Assembly (NCBI GenBank): GCA_050084985.1
Contig: JBITNC010000001.1
Coordinates: 174,964,001-175,028,000 of the forward strand
Direction: 5' to 3'
From: Nageia nagi
Lineage: Eukaryota; Plantae; Pinophyta
DNA: 64,000 bases
Made by a program: the position numbers and the translations under genes
Notes under the pieces: model-generated
Told to the model about the DNA's origin: nothing
Database searches by the model: none
The model's input: the letters and a program-made list of their open reading frames with translations, nothing else
In this document: positions 1-13,659 of the stretch, piece by piece
Numbering within the stretch: the stretch's first letter is position 1
Layout: each line of letters begins with the position of its first letter

Positions 1-879
1 TAATAAGGATATAGAAGATATTGTACTCATAAGAATCCTTCTGAGACATGTCATAGAGTCTTCTATAGATAGAGTGAGTGGCCAACAACGTCTGTTTTTC
101 AGGTAGAATCAATTGTGGGTGTGAGTGAGAAGTTTCATGTTAAGTCCGAAGTCCATTAAAACAGTACACATAACTGTCAAGAAATTATATCAACTTTTTA
201 CTAGCGATTTCATGCTGTAGATTTAATACAAAACAGTTCTTTAGCCTGGACAATGACTATCTAATTGTTCCATGCAAAAATAACATGTATAATGTATATA
301 CAAGGATAAGTTCTGACTAGGAATAGTCTATCATTATTCACTTTTAATGCAGTGAACCTAAGAATTAGGTTTATCAATTTCATAATAATTTTCTCATGAA
401 ACACAGAAATGAATAATTGGCTGTTACAACCTAGGATAAACACTTTTCTCTCATGCTTTTTATTTAGCATTATTGGAATTGCTGTCTGGGAGGAATAGTC
501 CAAATACCCCAAGTAGGATTTTATTTTAGTGCTGTTTTCTTCAACAGCAGTTGACTTCTTTTGCAAGCTCAACATACAATTCTGGCCCATATCCGCTCAT
601 AGTAACAGACTATAGTAATGAGAAATATCCTGCCAACAGATTGGTGGTATTTGATGGCAAGCAAATCCAGTGATATATAGTATATACAATGCCTAATAAA
701 GTTCTGCTACACATAATGTCAATAATAGAGTTCCGTAATGTTAATGCAATAGATCAATCAGTACAGAAGTACATTTCACAAGATGCAGTTATTATTTACT
801 TATTGTCAATTTCATAATGTTTATATGCATACACTATCATTTATAGAACTAGTCCCAATTTCATGATATGATGCTATAT

Positions 880-1110
880 TAGTTTAAAGAGGAATTGTTT
901 TGTTCCCATGAAGCATGTCACGTAATTGTTTTTCTTCTTGGTGTCCTTTGCTTACCTATCATTTTGAGGAATAATATTCCAATCTGCTGTCTCATTATAA
1001 CCAGAATTAACAATATCCTATGAAAAAAGTCCTCATTTTGATACTCCAATAATCATAATCTAGCCCATTAAGTTCAGGAATATGGAGAGACTTGCTGTTG
1101 TTGGCCATGA
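880..1110 (-). pseudogene. Ty1/copia gag N-terminal fragment
   Basis: MANNSKSLHIPELNGLDYDYWSIKMRTFF resembles the copia gag start (P-x-[LF]-x-G-x-[ND]-Y-x-x-W-x-x-[KR]-M); breaks at once into stops. Confidence 0.65.
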
Positions 1111-4100
1111 AACCCAAATAATCAGGTGAAGTCTTCTTGTAGAGAGATTTTCTGTTGTTGGTATAGTTGTCTTCTAAAATAATACCATACACTCACACCT
1201 TCACTTAGCAGCAACATGAACATCAAGGTTTTTGACACAAGTTACAACATAGAGCATCCATGGCTATCTTCTATTGACTTCTACTCCAAATGAAAAGAAC
1301 AAGCTCTCTCTAAAAAATCTAGCCCACTTTTACTTAAATCACAATGAGACACCCTTATTTTTTGCGGCTGGGATGACTCTTGAGCCTACCTCAAGTCACA
1401 ACTGCTACCTGACTGTTAGAACAAAGAGAATATAGGACACAGCCCACCAAACAACTGTCTACGACAGTTGTGTTTGGTTTAAGAGGTTTTTGTCATATGA
1501 AACTGATCAGCATTTGCCCCTTTTCTTGACATGATCCCCTTGCCATTTTATTCTCAATTGAAAAAGCCACAGTTTGGATATATCACACCATGTATTGAAT
1601 TAGTTAGAGGTGAGAAATCAGGTTCGACACTTGTGCAAGGTAGAACAGAGAGAAGGAAGGACTTGAAACTTGTTTTCTTCATCAACATCACCATTACAGC
1701 AAAGACCTATGTGTACCCTTTTCACTGAACCTACCTACGTTAACTCTTGCATTGAATTTGGAGTGGGGGCTGTTAAGTTTGCCTCGCCATTGTTCTGTTT
1801 TTTGTCTTTTCTTTATTGTTTCTTGGTTTTGTTTTTCTTTCTATTTTTTCTTTCCCCCCCTTTCTTTTTGTAATTGATCTTTTAGTTATATTTTCTGTTT
1901 ATTTCAGTCCCTCTAATTGTACCACATACCTGTTTATAAAGAGTGCGGGCAGTGCCTGTCCTTCCTTAAGACAGTCTCGGTGAGTCCACATACAAACACA
2001 TAATCGAGCGTATCACAATTCACATAATCAAGATCACAGAGGACTCACCTTACTGTCAAGAAATTGACCAACATGGAGAAGAAGAAAGATGAAATCAGAT
2101 TAGTGCCAGTTTAATGATGCTACAAAATATGAGTCAAGTTCTCCACTGTAAACCTAGTTTGCTCAACCCTGGCAGAACTTACGTGTTACTAACAAATACA
2201 AGAAAAAATTATAATCTATGAACTATGATATTGGAGAGGTATAAACGTAAAAATACCATAGATTGCAGAAAGCAGATCATTTACGTACTCCAAACAAGAG
2301 AAAATCAACAATACAATTGAGATATCTTGGTATTGGTTGCTGACAAACGTAAAGATGTTAATGATGCTTGTAGAGCCCTTGTCACTCATGGTGAGTAGTT
2401 CCCTTTTCAATCCAATAGTTGCCTAAGCCTATTACACATGCCAGTCATTGCCCCTGGAATCACCCTTTCATCGACCTGCAACCCCTCTTTGACATTCTTC
2501 CAAGTGCAAACCAACTTGGATCTCAATGAGATCCTTTCCCAAATGATTACTAAGCTTTGCACTGACATCCTGTCCAATCTCTTTCATAGTTTTTCACAAT
2601 AAATTGCACAACTCTACACAAGTAGAATGTCTAGGCCAATAAAACCCATCATTTTTGTCAATTTATGTAATTTACAGGTCAATTGCCAGCACATTTTCAT
2701 CCACTAGAGAAAGCCCTTTAAGTCTGTCCAATTCTCTTGCACTTCTTTCATAGGAGTTAACCTAATTAAAATTCTTCATGTAATACACTGTTTCACTGCT
2801 TGAGACTACATTGGCATGGTGCACTTAACCAAACATGGCCACCCTCTTGAACACCATCGACTTGTTTATGAAGGGAAGGCACATAGGAGCTAATTGGTTG
2901 GCTTCTGGAAGACTGCCTCCCATTGATGAGATCAGTGCTTTAGATCTGGACCCGACCTGCCAGCTGTGGAAACGAGCCTTGTCTGTGCATATCGTTGGAG
3001 TGTATAGTGGCAAATAACCGACATCCTTTATCACAAGTGTTTCAAATCATAGTCAAGTGCTACCTCATGTGGTGCAAGGGCTTGAATGTATTTTTCGCTT
3101 GAGATATGACAAGTGCTGCCACATTTCCCCTTCATCATCATCCTCAAGGTATTCTAGGGCTAGTTTATCTAAGTCTCTTCCGTTTTCTTCCCCTGGCATA
3201 TTCCTTGTTTAATAAGCTCTCAACGGTGAAACTCATTTGCATGTCTTTCTCTCTCCAAAGCTATCTAATCCCTAAGCTGCCATTAACTCCTTCCATTTGT
3301 GTCATGCCATTCATTTTGCACTTGCACAGAATTCTGGTTCAACACAGTATAAGAGATTTGGCCTGCCTTGAATTGATCATCTTGTGTGATTCTTTGGGAC
3401 TTGTTGGGATGCTTTTCTTTCCCTCGACAACTCTCTGAAAATCGCGTGTAGGACTTAGGAGTTGCCTAGCAACATAGGCGGGAAAGCGTGATCAATTCCG
3501 CCATTTGAAAAGGACTTTATAGCTTCGAGGCTTTTGTCAAAACACCTGCTCAACGCTTTGATGTTGTAGGTATGCTTGCTAAGCGAAATCCTGTGCTTGC
3601 GCAAGTGTCTCTGCGTAGGGATAGATAAAAGAAAGTGCAGTATCCCTCTTTGGAATTGACCTCAATGGAAAATGAATGGAATGAGAGGTAGCACTCTAAT
3701 AACCAACTTTTTTTATTTGATGTATAGAGTTTATTCGAAATATCTGTGTGCGGACTTAACGATTGTATATGGGTTTGCAGGCTTGAAGAAAGCATAAATA
3801 AAGCATAAAGGCAATACAGTAAATGGTGAAGGACAACACCTTGGAGAAGGAAAGGATACTTGGTCGGGTATGAGTTTGAGGCTCACTGACGGGAAGTGTC
3901 TAAGAGTTGATCTCTTTTGAATCGGTAAAGGACTTTTTATCCAATTCTTCCGACCTTGCAGGCAAACAACTTCAACATTCGAATTGCTTCAAAGAGGAGC
4001 GGGGAGGAACACCAAATGGATGGAAATGGAAAGTTTCAAAGTGAAAAGATCATGGTTTTGGATGAAGGACCTAAAAAGATTTCATGAAAGTAGCAATTGA

Positions 4101-4633
4101 CATAGAATACCCAATCAACTTGTATGTTAAGGATCAAGCAACATGCATAGGTTAGCTTCAAACACTTTGTAAAATAGTTCAGAGATAACTTCCCTAAAAC
4201 TTGAAAGTTTTCAAAGGAATAAAACGAAAGTGCACAAACCAAGTATGAATGTCCTCAAAGATTCAATCCGCAACACCAATATGAAAGTATCAAACTCAAG
4301 TCATTTGGCATAACCACTTTGTATTAGTTCTTGAAAAAGGAGGTGCAAAGATTTACAAGTATGCTCTCACTTCTCAAAAAGTTCTCTCTTCAAGAATGAA
4401 GTGCTTGCTTCATGAATGAAGTCCTTACAAAAATGAGACCCCATGTCTCATACTTATAGACTTTTGAAACCCTAAAAGTGAGTTTCAAAACCCTAATCTC
4501 TAATTGCGAAATTAAAAGTTATTTACAAGCTAATTTTAATGCTAATTGAGATTACATTTCGACTTAGTGGAAATCCACTAAGTTAGCCAAAATTTGGCTT
4601 ACATATCAAAATTTGCCAATAATAGACCCCTTT

Positions 4634-7600
4634 CTATTTTGGTGGTGGTGGGAAGATGGCTTGCACATTCATCGCTATTTTGGCTTCAAAATCATCTTCC
4701 ATGAATGTTTCTACGTTTCGGATCGCCCAATGGATAATATGGAGGATTCCTTCATTTGGTAGCAGGTACTCCAAGATGGCCTTATTAGTTTTAACCATTT
4801 CCTTGCACCATGCGGCGATTTTAACTCCTCCTTTCATTAGTTTTCCTGTCTTCAAGTTGTGTGGATCCTCGAGACAACTGTTCTGCAATAGTGGCGTGGA
4901 TTGCTGTCATCACATTCATATACTCTTTGATGCTACTGTTTTCCTCAAACAAAGGTACCTGGAATTCATATTCCCTTGCTTGCTTGCTGATAACAGCTTT
5001 GAGTTGATTCCTTGTGTATATGAAGTCAGTGGATTTGACTTTAATATAGAACAAATAATCATACAACTATAACCAATCGTGACAGAAATCTAGCACGATC
5101 GGATGATGGGAAGCTCTTATCCGTAGGTCGAACATTGTGGGTTATTCTTTCTTCCATCTGACGATTAACTGGTCTAATTTCTCCAACTGAGAATGTGAAC
5201 CCTCCTCCTTAATATAAAAATTTGTCATGCTTGAGTGGAGTGCTTTGATAGCATCAATGAGATCCTTTGTCCATTCTTGCTTCAAGGCAGTAATTCTAGT
5301 GTTTAAGTCAACCTGCCTTTTGATATCTTCCACTGTCAAATTAGTAGCCTTGACTTCTTTAGCAATCATTTCCTGACTAGCCACTTTTTTCTTTAGTTCC
5401 CGGATTTCTAATTTTAACAAGGTACCAAATTCTCTCAATGCCTATGCATTTGTGATGATGTTGTGCTCCATTCCCAATGGGCCAACAATCTATGCAAGGG
5501 CTTCTTTTGTCTCAACTGTGATGGCGAACTTTCTGGTACCAACCTTGTTCTTTCTTGAGTAGAGCTTGTCCTTGTAGGTTACTTTACCTAAAGTGGTGGT
5601 GAGAGTATCAATTTATCGAAGTTCCTCATTTTCATCTTCGGAATCTTCTCCTTTGTAGGGATGATTTGAACTCAAGTTTGCCATCACTTTAGCCATGTCG
5701 AAGTGTGGTTCCATAGATGGATTTCCATAAGGAACCATCTCTCCGTCTTCGATGATTTCAACATTGTGCTCTACTTGTCTTCTTTTTCTTCTTTAGTCCT
5801 CGTTTTCTTCATCTTCTTCCTCATTTCCATCATCTCCCCCTGAAGATGATGTTGCTGTCTTGGGTCTGGATGTGCCCTTCTGTGCTGTTGTTGATGTAGT
5901 CCTCTGAGATGGTGGCGTTTGTGATGCCTGTTTTTGAGGAGCAGATTTTGGGGTGATTGCTCTTGCTACTTGTTGCACAATCATATCAATCATGAGATTA
6001 TCTTCATCAAGGATCTCTACTGAGTTATCAGTTTCGACCCTATCAAAGGCAATATCTCGGTTTACTTCCATGTCGATGATTGTATTGAGATCTATCTCTT
6101 CATGGACTCTGACGAGCTAGTTAGCCCATAGTTGTCAGAATTGGATGATGGTGTACTGGGGTTTGGATTTAGGCGCATGCCACTCCGATTCAAACCTTGC
6201 GGGAGATCTATCTCTTTTTGCAAGTGTTTGAATAATTGACAGATCAAGCCTGCCCTTCTGAGGTCCATGATTCCATTCTTCGTACTCATGACAATAGTTT
6301 GAATGGTTTGTTTGAGTATGCTATTGGTAGCATACTGTCCATTTTATCCTTGAGCCAGGGTTACTGAGGGTGATATTATGGGAATAACATATTCATGGCT
6401 CGAGGGTACGGTGACTTGTGCATTAGCTTTCAACCTTGCAGCTTCTTCGGCTTCCCATTGTTTTTTTCTTTTTTCAATTTTTTATGGATCCGATGAATCT
6501 GTAGGGTGTCCTGAATGTTTCTGTACCTCTTTATACTGCCAAGGGATTGATGTGGATATGATGAGCTCCATGTTTTCTGGAAAAATGCGTCTATCACTCC
6601 ATCTGGATCATAGTGATCTGCAACTACCTCAGTCCGAAATTCATATAGTGCCAACTCTTGTTTGATCATGTCAATCTGACGCCAGTGCCAACTCTCGTTT
6701 GATCATGTCAAGCTGACGCCAAGTAGTGCACTCATAATTCCCGATAATGACAAGTAATTGGTAGGTTGTTGAAGCTTTCTTTACCCTTACCTTGTCATGC
6801 ACGTTAAGCAAGTGTCTTGAAAATTCCATGAGGATGAGACAATCACTTGCGTAACGGGTAGCTTGTAGGGGGCTTCTTTAGAACCATAGACTCTGAGGTA
6901 GGTGAATTCTATGTCCTTTATAAAAAAGTCCACATGTCCCTTGATAGTGGCAGCAGCTTCATTAGATATCCTATGTACATTGCTTTTGCCCATGATCTCT
7001 TCATATATTTTGCCTTCGAAACCCACAATCATCATCCTCCAATTGCCATTGTTCCATTTACTATGAGCATAGAGCCGTGGGTAATTCTCCCATACTGGGT
7101 GTGTGGGTTCATACAAATATTTGGTATTGGCAGTAGAGATTAGCCTTTCCTTACCGTGAAGGAGTAGGTAAACCAGGTAAGAGTTCATGTAGAATTTCTT
7201 GCTCTTTTGAATGTTTTTCAATTGCTGAGCCAAGGAATCACTAAGCACTTTGCTCCACCTTATGCCTTTATTGCCATTGATCAAATTTATAATCCCAACG
7301 AATTCTGGCCGGAATTTGGCATCATCTTTCTGTTTGGTCACTCTGGAGAGCATTGATATGAGTCTGGAAACTACAAGATATAATTCTCCTTTGTTTAGTG
7401 ATGCCGAGGCTCTCCCAGTGAGATGTTTACGATCATCGGCCAACCAATCTCTGATTAGATCAGACCATGGTTTCAGACTTTTGTAGAACCTCAGGGAATC
7501 TTGCACGTTGTATGATATGCCTTCACTTGTCTAGGCGAAGGCCTTTTCTACGTCATTGTTTCTATCCAAGAGTCTCCGTCTTCTGGTGTCACAATGCTTT

Positions 7601-7896
7601 CCTAGCTCGTAGCATAGCTCGGGGAAGGGTGAGGCAAATGACACCATAAAAGCTGCTACTAGCAAGGAGGTTCTCAGTGTGTCCTTTACTAGTGTAGTTG
7701 GATCTAGTGTCTGTATCTTCATCAAAGTCTTTATTGGATCCAAGGAGTTACAATTTGTGTCTCCAATCTCACTCAACTGGTCAATGATCCTTGTAGCAAG
7801 CATGACAGGCTTTGTTGTATGTTCGAGCGTGATGGGGTTGTTCGTTGTGAGCCTTCTATGCTTCCTGTATTTGATGTTCTGTGCAAATAACACCAT
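4634..7896 (-). pseudogene. Decayed TE accessory ORF (~1050 codons): globular N-domain, low-complexity/acidic linker, coiled-coil C-terminus
   Basis: Chain of same-strand ORF pieces (7531-7896, 6787-7506, 6430-6669, 5793-6071, 5142-5438, 4821-5066, 4634-4888); motifs IRWSKVLSDSLAQQL..KKFYMNSYLVYLL and FTYLRVYG..PYKLP; acidic DDGNEEEDEENED; heptad-like LKLEIRELKKKV. Confidence 0.7.
6647..6720. repeat. 37-bp tandem duplication inside the accessory ORF
   Basis: AGTGCCAACTC..GTTTGATCATGTCAA.CTGACGCC twice (6647-6683, 6684-6720); not a multiple of 3, so frameshifting. Confidence 0.9.
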
Positions 7897-8949
7897 CTCG
7901 TCCCTATTTAGGTGGACAATACAAAGTTAGAAGAGTCCCAATAAGCTTTTGGCACTTTTTGGGCAAACAAAGAGATTTTGAAAAATTTGGATTTTATTTT
8001 AAGTGTGCCATCATTGAAAGTGCCAAAATTTGCAAGGTTCAAGGTCTTTCGAGTGGGTTTGGGATAACACAAAGGTAACTGACTCAGGGAAAATGCCTTG
8101 GCATGGATTTGAGACTTTTGGAAGATTTTCAAATTTTGGCTCAAAAAGTTGACTTTTTCAAGAAATTTCTCAAAGGGAAAAAGGTGAATTTTGGGAAATT
8201 TGCTAAATGGTGCCGGAATTAAGTTTTAACACCTTAGATTGATGGGGAATGTGTGGGGAAGGTGTTTTAAACTTTAAAATGGCCAAAACGGACTTGAAAA
8301 ACACTTTTTAGAGGTTTTTGAAAATTTTCTAAGAAATGAGGATTTTGGGCACTTAGATCTTGGATCATATGTATTTTTTTTGTTTTTTTGCTGAAAATAA
8401 AAGATGATCACAAGGATAAAGGGTATCCAAATAAGTGATCAAACTTCGATTCTGAAAAAATTATTTTTCGAAGGTTTGGGGGTTTGAAAAAATGGGGTTT
8501 TGGTGTAAAAATCCTCAAAAACTTGAAAAATGGAGTTATGTGGGATGGAGGATGTTTTGATATTGAAGTTCAATGGAGTTTGGGTGAATGGAAATGATGC
8601 TTAGTCCTCAAATTGTCCTCCAAGGCCGGACGTTGGCTTCCCTTCTCACTTTAGCTCTCCAATTCTCAAAAATTTTGGCAGCATAAGGGTGCAAATGAGA
8701 GAAGTGAGGGAAATTAAGGGGGTGAGGGCATATGTATAGGATCTAGGGGTCAAAAAGGTGCCACATGTCAACATCACATCAACCCTAGAGCAAAATTTTG
8801 CATTTTGGGTTTTTCCTCCTCATGCCCAATGTTGGGAAAGTGCTCTAAAGGGGGGAAAAAAGGCAAAACCTGCGCTTAACTCTAGCAGAGGGAGGTTGGT
8901 CCAATGTGGGGGCTTCTTGAGGCAAAGTTGATAGATTTTGGATGTTCTT

Positions 8950-10500
8950 CAACCTCCATACTTCAGATTTGGGTTTCAAATTTTGATTTTTTTGAGAAAA
9001 AAAGATCTAAATTCTTGAGTTTTTCAGCCCTTGAATCCTTTTGGAGGACAAAATGATGGATTTTGGGCGTTTTTGTGGTCCAAATTGCCCAAATGGAAGA
9101 CCAAAATGGTGTAGATTCTGTAGAATCACACCACCTATCTCATGGAAGCAAAAAAATGCAATTTTGACCAAGTTTGGAGGGCAAGAAGGCTTGGCACAGG
9201 TTTTGAAGGTTTTGGGCATGTTTGGGAAAGTTTTGAAAAGGTCCAAAACTTGGTAAACTCCCCCTAACTTTTTGGAGGGCAAATCTTGAGTTTTTCAAAA
9301 ATTCCAAGAGCAGTGTTGCTCAACTTTGGATTTGCCACCCTACCTTTCTCTCCAATTTTGATTTTGGCAATTTTGAAAAATTTGGAAAATTTTTCAAGCT
9401 CTCCCATTCGCTAATCCAATTTTTGTGATTTTAAGGGAGTAGATCCACTTTTTTTCAAAAACTCATAACATGAAACTTGTGCAAAATTGGATTTCCCATG
9501 CTCTGATGATAAAAAATTTTGAATTTTAACAACTTTTAAGGGCCTCCAAGCTTGGCACAGGTTTTTGGGAGAATGGGCAAGTTTGGAAACTTGGTGAAAT
9601 GAGGGAAATCATGCAAAACCAGCACCTAACTCTAGGAGGGGCAAAAATTTGTTATTGTTGAAAATTCCAAGAGCAAAGTTGCTCCATTTTGGATTTGCCA
9701 CCCTACTTTTTTCTTCTTTTTTGATTTGGCCAACTTTGGAAAATTTTGGAGGTCTCTCATTGGCTGATCAATTTTTGATGATTTTGATAGACTAAATCTC
9801 ATTTTTTTGGAAAACTCAAATCATCAAACTTGTGTGAAATCCCATCCTACACCTTATGGAGATCAAAAATTTCAAATTTTTGCAATTTTGGGGTGCAAGA
9901 AGGGTAGGCGCTGGTTTTGGAGGAAATAAGCCATTTTCGAAATTTGGCAAAGCAAGGGAAAACATGCCAAACCTCCACCTAGCTTTTTGGATGGTATTTT
10001 TTGAGAATTTCCAAAAAATTCAAGAGCAAAAGTGCATAAAATTGGATTTGGCATCACACCTTTCTCTTAGATTTTCACTTTGACATTTTTGGAATTTTGG
10101 AAAATTTCAAGCATTTCTATTGGCTGGCCTTTTCTCCTTTTTGCTCATTTTCCTGTTTTTTCCACTTTTAGGGGAGCAAAACTTGTCAAAATTGCAAACT
10201 TGAAAGACCAATTTGATGTAGAATTGCAATCTCCATGCTCCCAAGCCCAAAAATTCCACTTTTGAATCAATTTGGGCCTCCCAAAAAGTAGGTGCAGGTT
10301 TTGAAGAGACTAGGCCATTTTCGAGATTTGGTGAAGTGAAGGAAAACTTGCAAAACTCCCCCCCTAGATTTTCAGGGGCCAAAACTCGAGTTTTTTCGAA
10401 ATTTCCAAGAGCAAAGTTGCCTTGATTTGTCATTTGGCATCACATCTTTCTCTCGGATTTTCATTTCGATAACTTTGAAAAAAAAACTCATTTTTCTAAG
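8950..10500. repeat. Degenerate tandem repeat, ~355-385 bp x ~4
   Basis: Anchor TTC(C)AAGAGCA...GATTTG recurs near 9302, 9665, 10019 and 10403. Confidence 0.8.
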
Positions 10501-10559
10501 GTCAACTCCATGCTTCTTGGTTGTCAAAACTCTTATTGTTTTTATTTCATCCCGTAAGG

Positions 10560-10990
10560 ATGCTCCAACTAGCTTTTCTGATCAATTCCAGGCTCAACTG
10601 TACACTCCCAATCTTTTCTGTTTTTAAGGAGCCCAAACTGTGCATTTCCAGGACTTTCGGGCTCAAAGTATGCATTTTCAATCATTTCCGGCATTTCCGG
10701 ACATTTTTGAGCTCAAACGGTGAAAAAACGATAATTTTCGGCATTTCAAGCTCAACTGTACACTCAATTTTTTCTGAGCATTCCGAGCCCAAACTGTGCA
10801 AAAACGCACATTTTTACTATATTGACCACTTTCGGGCTCAAAACTGACCAAAACGCACTTTTCTGTGATAATGACCATTTTCTAGCTCTTTGGGCTCAAA
10901 AGTGACCAAAACGCGCCTTTTGGTCATAGTCGCCTTTTCTGTGCTCAAAACTGACCAAAACGTGCTCTTTTTGCCATATTTGCCGTTCAC
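10560..10990. repeat. Short degenerate tandem repeats (GGCTCAAAACTGACCAAAACG-type)
   Basis: GCTCAA(A)ACTG and CCAAAACG motifs recur every ~50-80 bp. Confidence 0.7.
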
Positions 10991-13659
10991 TCAAAAACTC
11001 CACATTCCGGTCGCTGTTGTGACCCAACACTCCATCCTGTGAGATGTCGCTTGAAACTGGGCCCTGACCTGGCCATTGGTTGCGCTGAACTCTCTTCATG
11101 ACTCCGAGGCATGCTGCTGCGCTGCTCAATCATCTGGCTGCTCTGAATCTTTGTTCCTGGCCATAAACTAATCATGCCCAGGCAATGTCACTTATTTCCG
11201 TTGCAAAAATTGGGTCACCAAAATGCTGCATCTTGGGTGTGTTGCTGCGGGGCACAACAGAAACTTGTGCTCAGTTCTTTTTTCTCTATTGTTTACAGAA
11301 ACTAATGCTCCTGTGGTCCCCATTTATGTCAAAATTGGAATACAATCCGTGTTTATTTTCCTCCCCGTGAAATATGTGTGATCATATAGTTTTTGTTTTC
11401 TTTAGCCAAAAAATTATGTGATTCAATTTGGCTCTGTTTGCAGTTTTCTAAATTATCACGTTTAATTCCACAGAGAATTTCTTTAGGAGTCTCCTATTCT
11501 TGAAAATCCCCAGCTTCTGGATTCTACAATTTATAACTATAACATAATGCTTTGGTTTCAGCTTTTAGCTGTTTGATCTCTTTCCCACACACGTAGTGCA
11601 GCTGAGCAGCGCTATTCCTTGGCAATCCATGAAGAGACATGCTGCCCTGGCCTCCTCTGGGTTCCTCTTGGATGCCTCATCAAAATTAAGTTATAAACAC
11701 CCTGTAAGAGGCAGATTCCACTTTCTTGTTCTCATTTTCTTGGTTGTGTTGGTCCTAATTAGTTATGCTTCGAATTTTTTGTGGGTGCTGATAAATCATG
11801 TCCAAATCTCTTCTACTCTAGTTTTCTGTCATGGAAAATTCTTTGGATTGTGGGTAATGCTGTTCTGGTGTCCTGTTTCAAATAACTTTTCTTAATTCTA
11901 AGGCTAACTTTGTTCATGGTTTACCAAGTCAAAGAAAATGTTAACGTCATCACCATGTAACACCTAAGTATTGTCTATATGATGGGTCTGTACCAAAGCT
12001 CCACATTGAAATGGCAGAGATGGAGGAGCTGATCTTTATGCTTGCTGCTTTCTTCACACAATGGGCACCTGGAAGCCCTAACCTCGTTTCCTTGAGACAT
12101 CTTGAGTAAGAATTGTTGGTAAAGTGGATATTGATATTATAATTATGTATGGTCTTGTTTTCATTGAAAATGAGAAGTTTGTCATAGGTATTTAAATTAA
12201 TAAGAATTATCTTTTTCTTTTTTAAACTTGAATTGAAATTATTATGGCTGTTTATGTTTTCTTGTTTTTAAAATTTTGTTTTGTTTTTTTATCTCTGTAC
12301 AATTTGAGCTCGAAGTTAAACCTGGCTGCTTCGCATATTTTCTGGAATATGATTATGATGAAAGACGCTAGAAAGATAAAACTAGTGATTTGTCTACTAC
12401 TTTTCTGCTATCATGCAGGAGAAATCACTTTCGGACATGATGAACTCTAGAGTGAAGTTGGCATCTACGATGCTGTTTGTGCATGCTGGTTTATGGTTCT
12501 ATTAATCTTTGATTTTGTGATTTAAATATGTTTGAGAGGCATTCATGGTGCTATTTAGTGCGAAAGGTGGCTGCAAAAGAGAGGCAAGTAATTCCATTTG
12601 AGTTTTAAGATGATGTATTATGTTCCTATTTGTGATAGTGTGCTCCAAAGATTATCACTGAACTAGACAAAGTGAATTATCTATTCACTAACATTCATTC
12701 TCAGGTGGATGAAAGTGATTATATGCAACTGTTAAGGATCTAGTAGATGACAATGAGCATGTGTCTATCTGATTCTTTTCTCCCCTTGTTTAATTTAATT
12801 CTCCAGCTTAGCTGTTATGTTTGTGATTTTTCACAAAGAGCACCTGCCTGTCTATGTTGTCCAATCATTTTGGTGATCTATATTTGTTATTAAATTGAAT
12901 GCTTTTTGAAACAATAGCTTTCAGATATAATATTTGATTATATGCTTTTTTCTTTTGGGATTTCATATCATGCACCTCTGGTTCAACAAAACCAAAAAAA
13001 AATTGTACTGGAATGTGGGGTGTCACCTAATGGTGGGAGTTACACTATATTCATGCAAGAGGGGACTCAATTTCATTCATAGCTTGAGCGAGCACTAATG
13101 TCTGTAGCTTGTTTGAGAAGGAAGTCAAGAGTATTTCATAATTCATTTTGTGTAGTCTAACTTTTCTGTCATTGAGTGTGTTTTTTGATGTATTCGGTTT
13201 AGGGACTGTAGACTTTTTATCAATTTATAAATGCTAGTTACTTGTGATTTTATGTTTAAAATTTAAATATTCTAATCAAATTCAAAACACGGAGATGATA
13301 AATTTATCATTGACTTGCACTTTCCTAGTTTCATTTGCTACAATTCATTAATACTCTTATAAGCAAGTTTTGCAAAACCAACGACACTGATTTTAATAAT
13401 CATTGGATTTGGCGTGCGTTGTGCATGAAAGCTCTGCGTCTTATAATTATAAGCAGGGGTTATACAATTAACACATTTGATTATCAGATATGACGCCTCA
13501 CAAAAGCCTGAACAATTCATTCTGTGATTTAATATCAGTTAGTTTCGTGTTGACCATGCAAGTTGTGGTTTCATAATAATCTATTATTAAGGGAAAGGAT
13601 TTTTAATATCATATTATTACTTACTCTATTGCTGCTGTCTACAGAGATACTAGATTTTA

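Larger units (their letters stand above)
2420..11230 (-). mobile_element. Large retroelement-like fragment (LTR-like segment, accessory ORF, tandem repeats); boundaries uncertain
   Basis: Compositionally distinct block: decayed minus-strand ORF at ~2420-3430; LTR-like 3562-~4625 (TGTTG at 3562, minus-strand TATA CTATAAGTA 4451-4459); long decayed ORF 4634-7896; repeats 8.9-11 kb; ends TGCTGCA at 11230. No TSD, clear PBS or pol seen. Confidence 0.55.

Noticed and set aside
1758-1975. PPT-like GGAGTGGGGGC followed by TGTTAAG...AAGACA, possible short LTR
   Set aside because: No partner LTR, TSD or coding support
2050-2120. Minus-strand exon-like block (TTTGTAG...AG|GTGAG)
   Set aside because: Stops in all three frames; no linked exons identified
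12600-12775. C/D-box snoRNA-like TGATG...CTGA pairs
   Set aside because: Imperfect C boxes, no terminal stems and no rRNA complementarity that I could recognise
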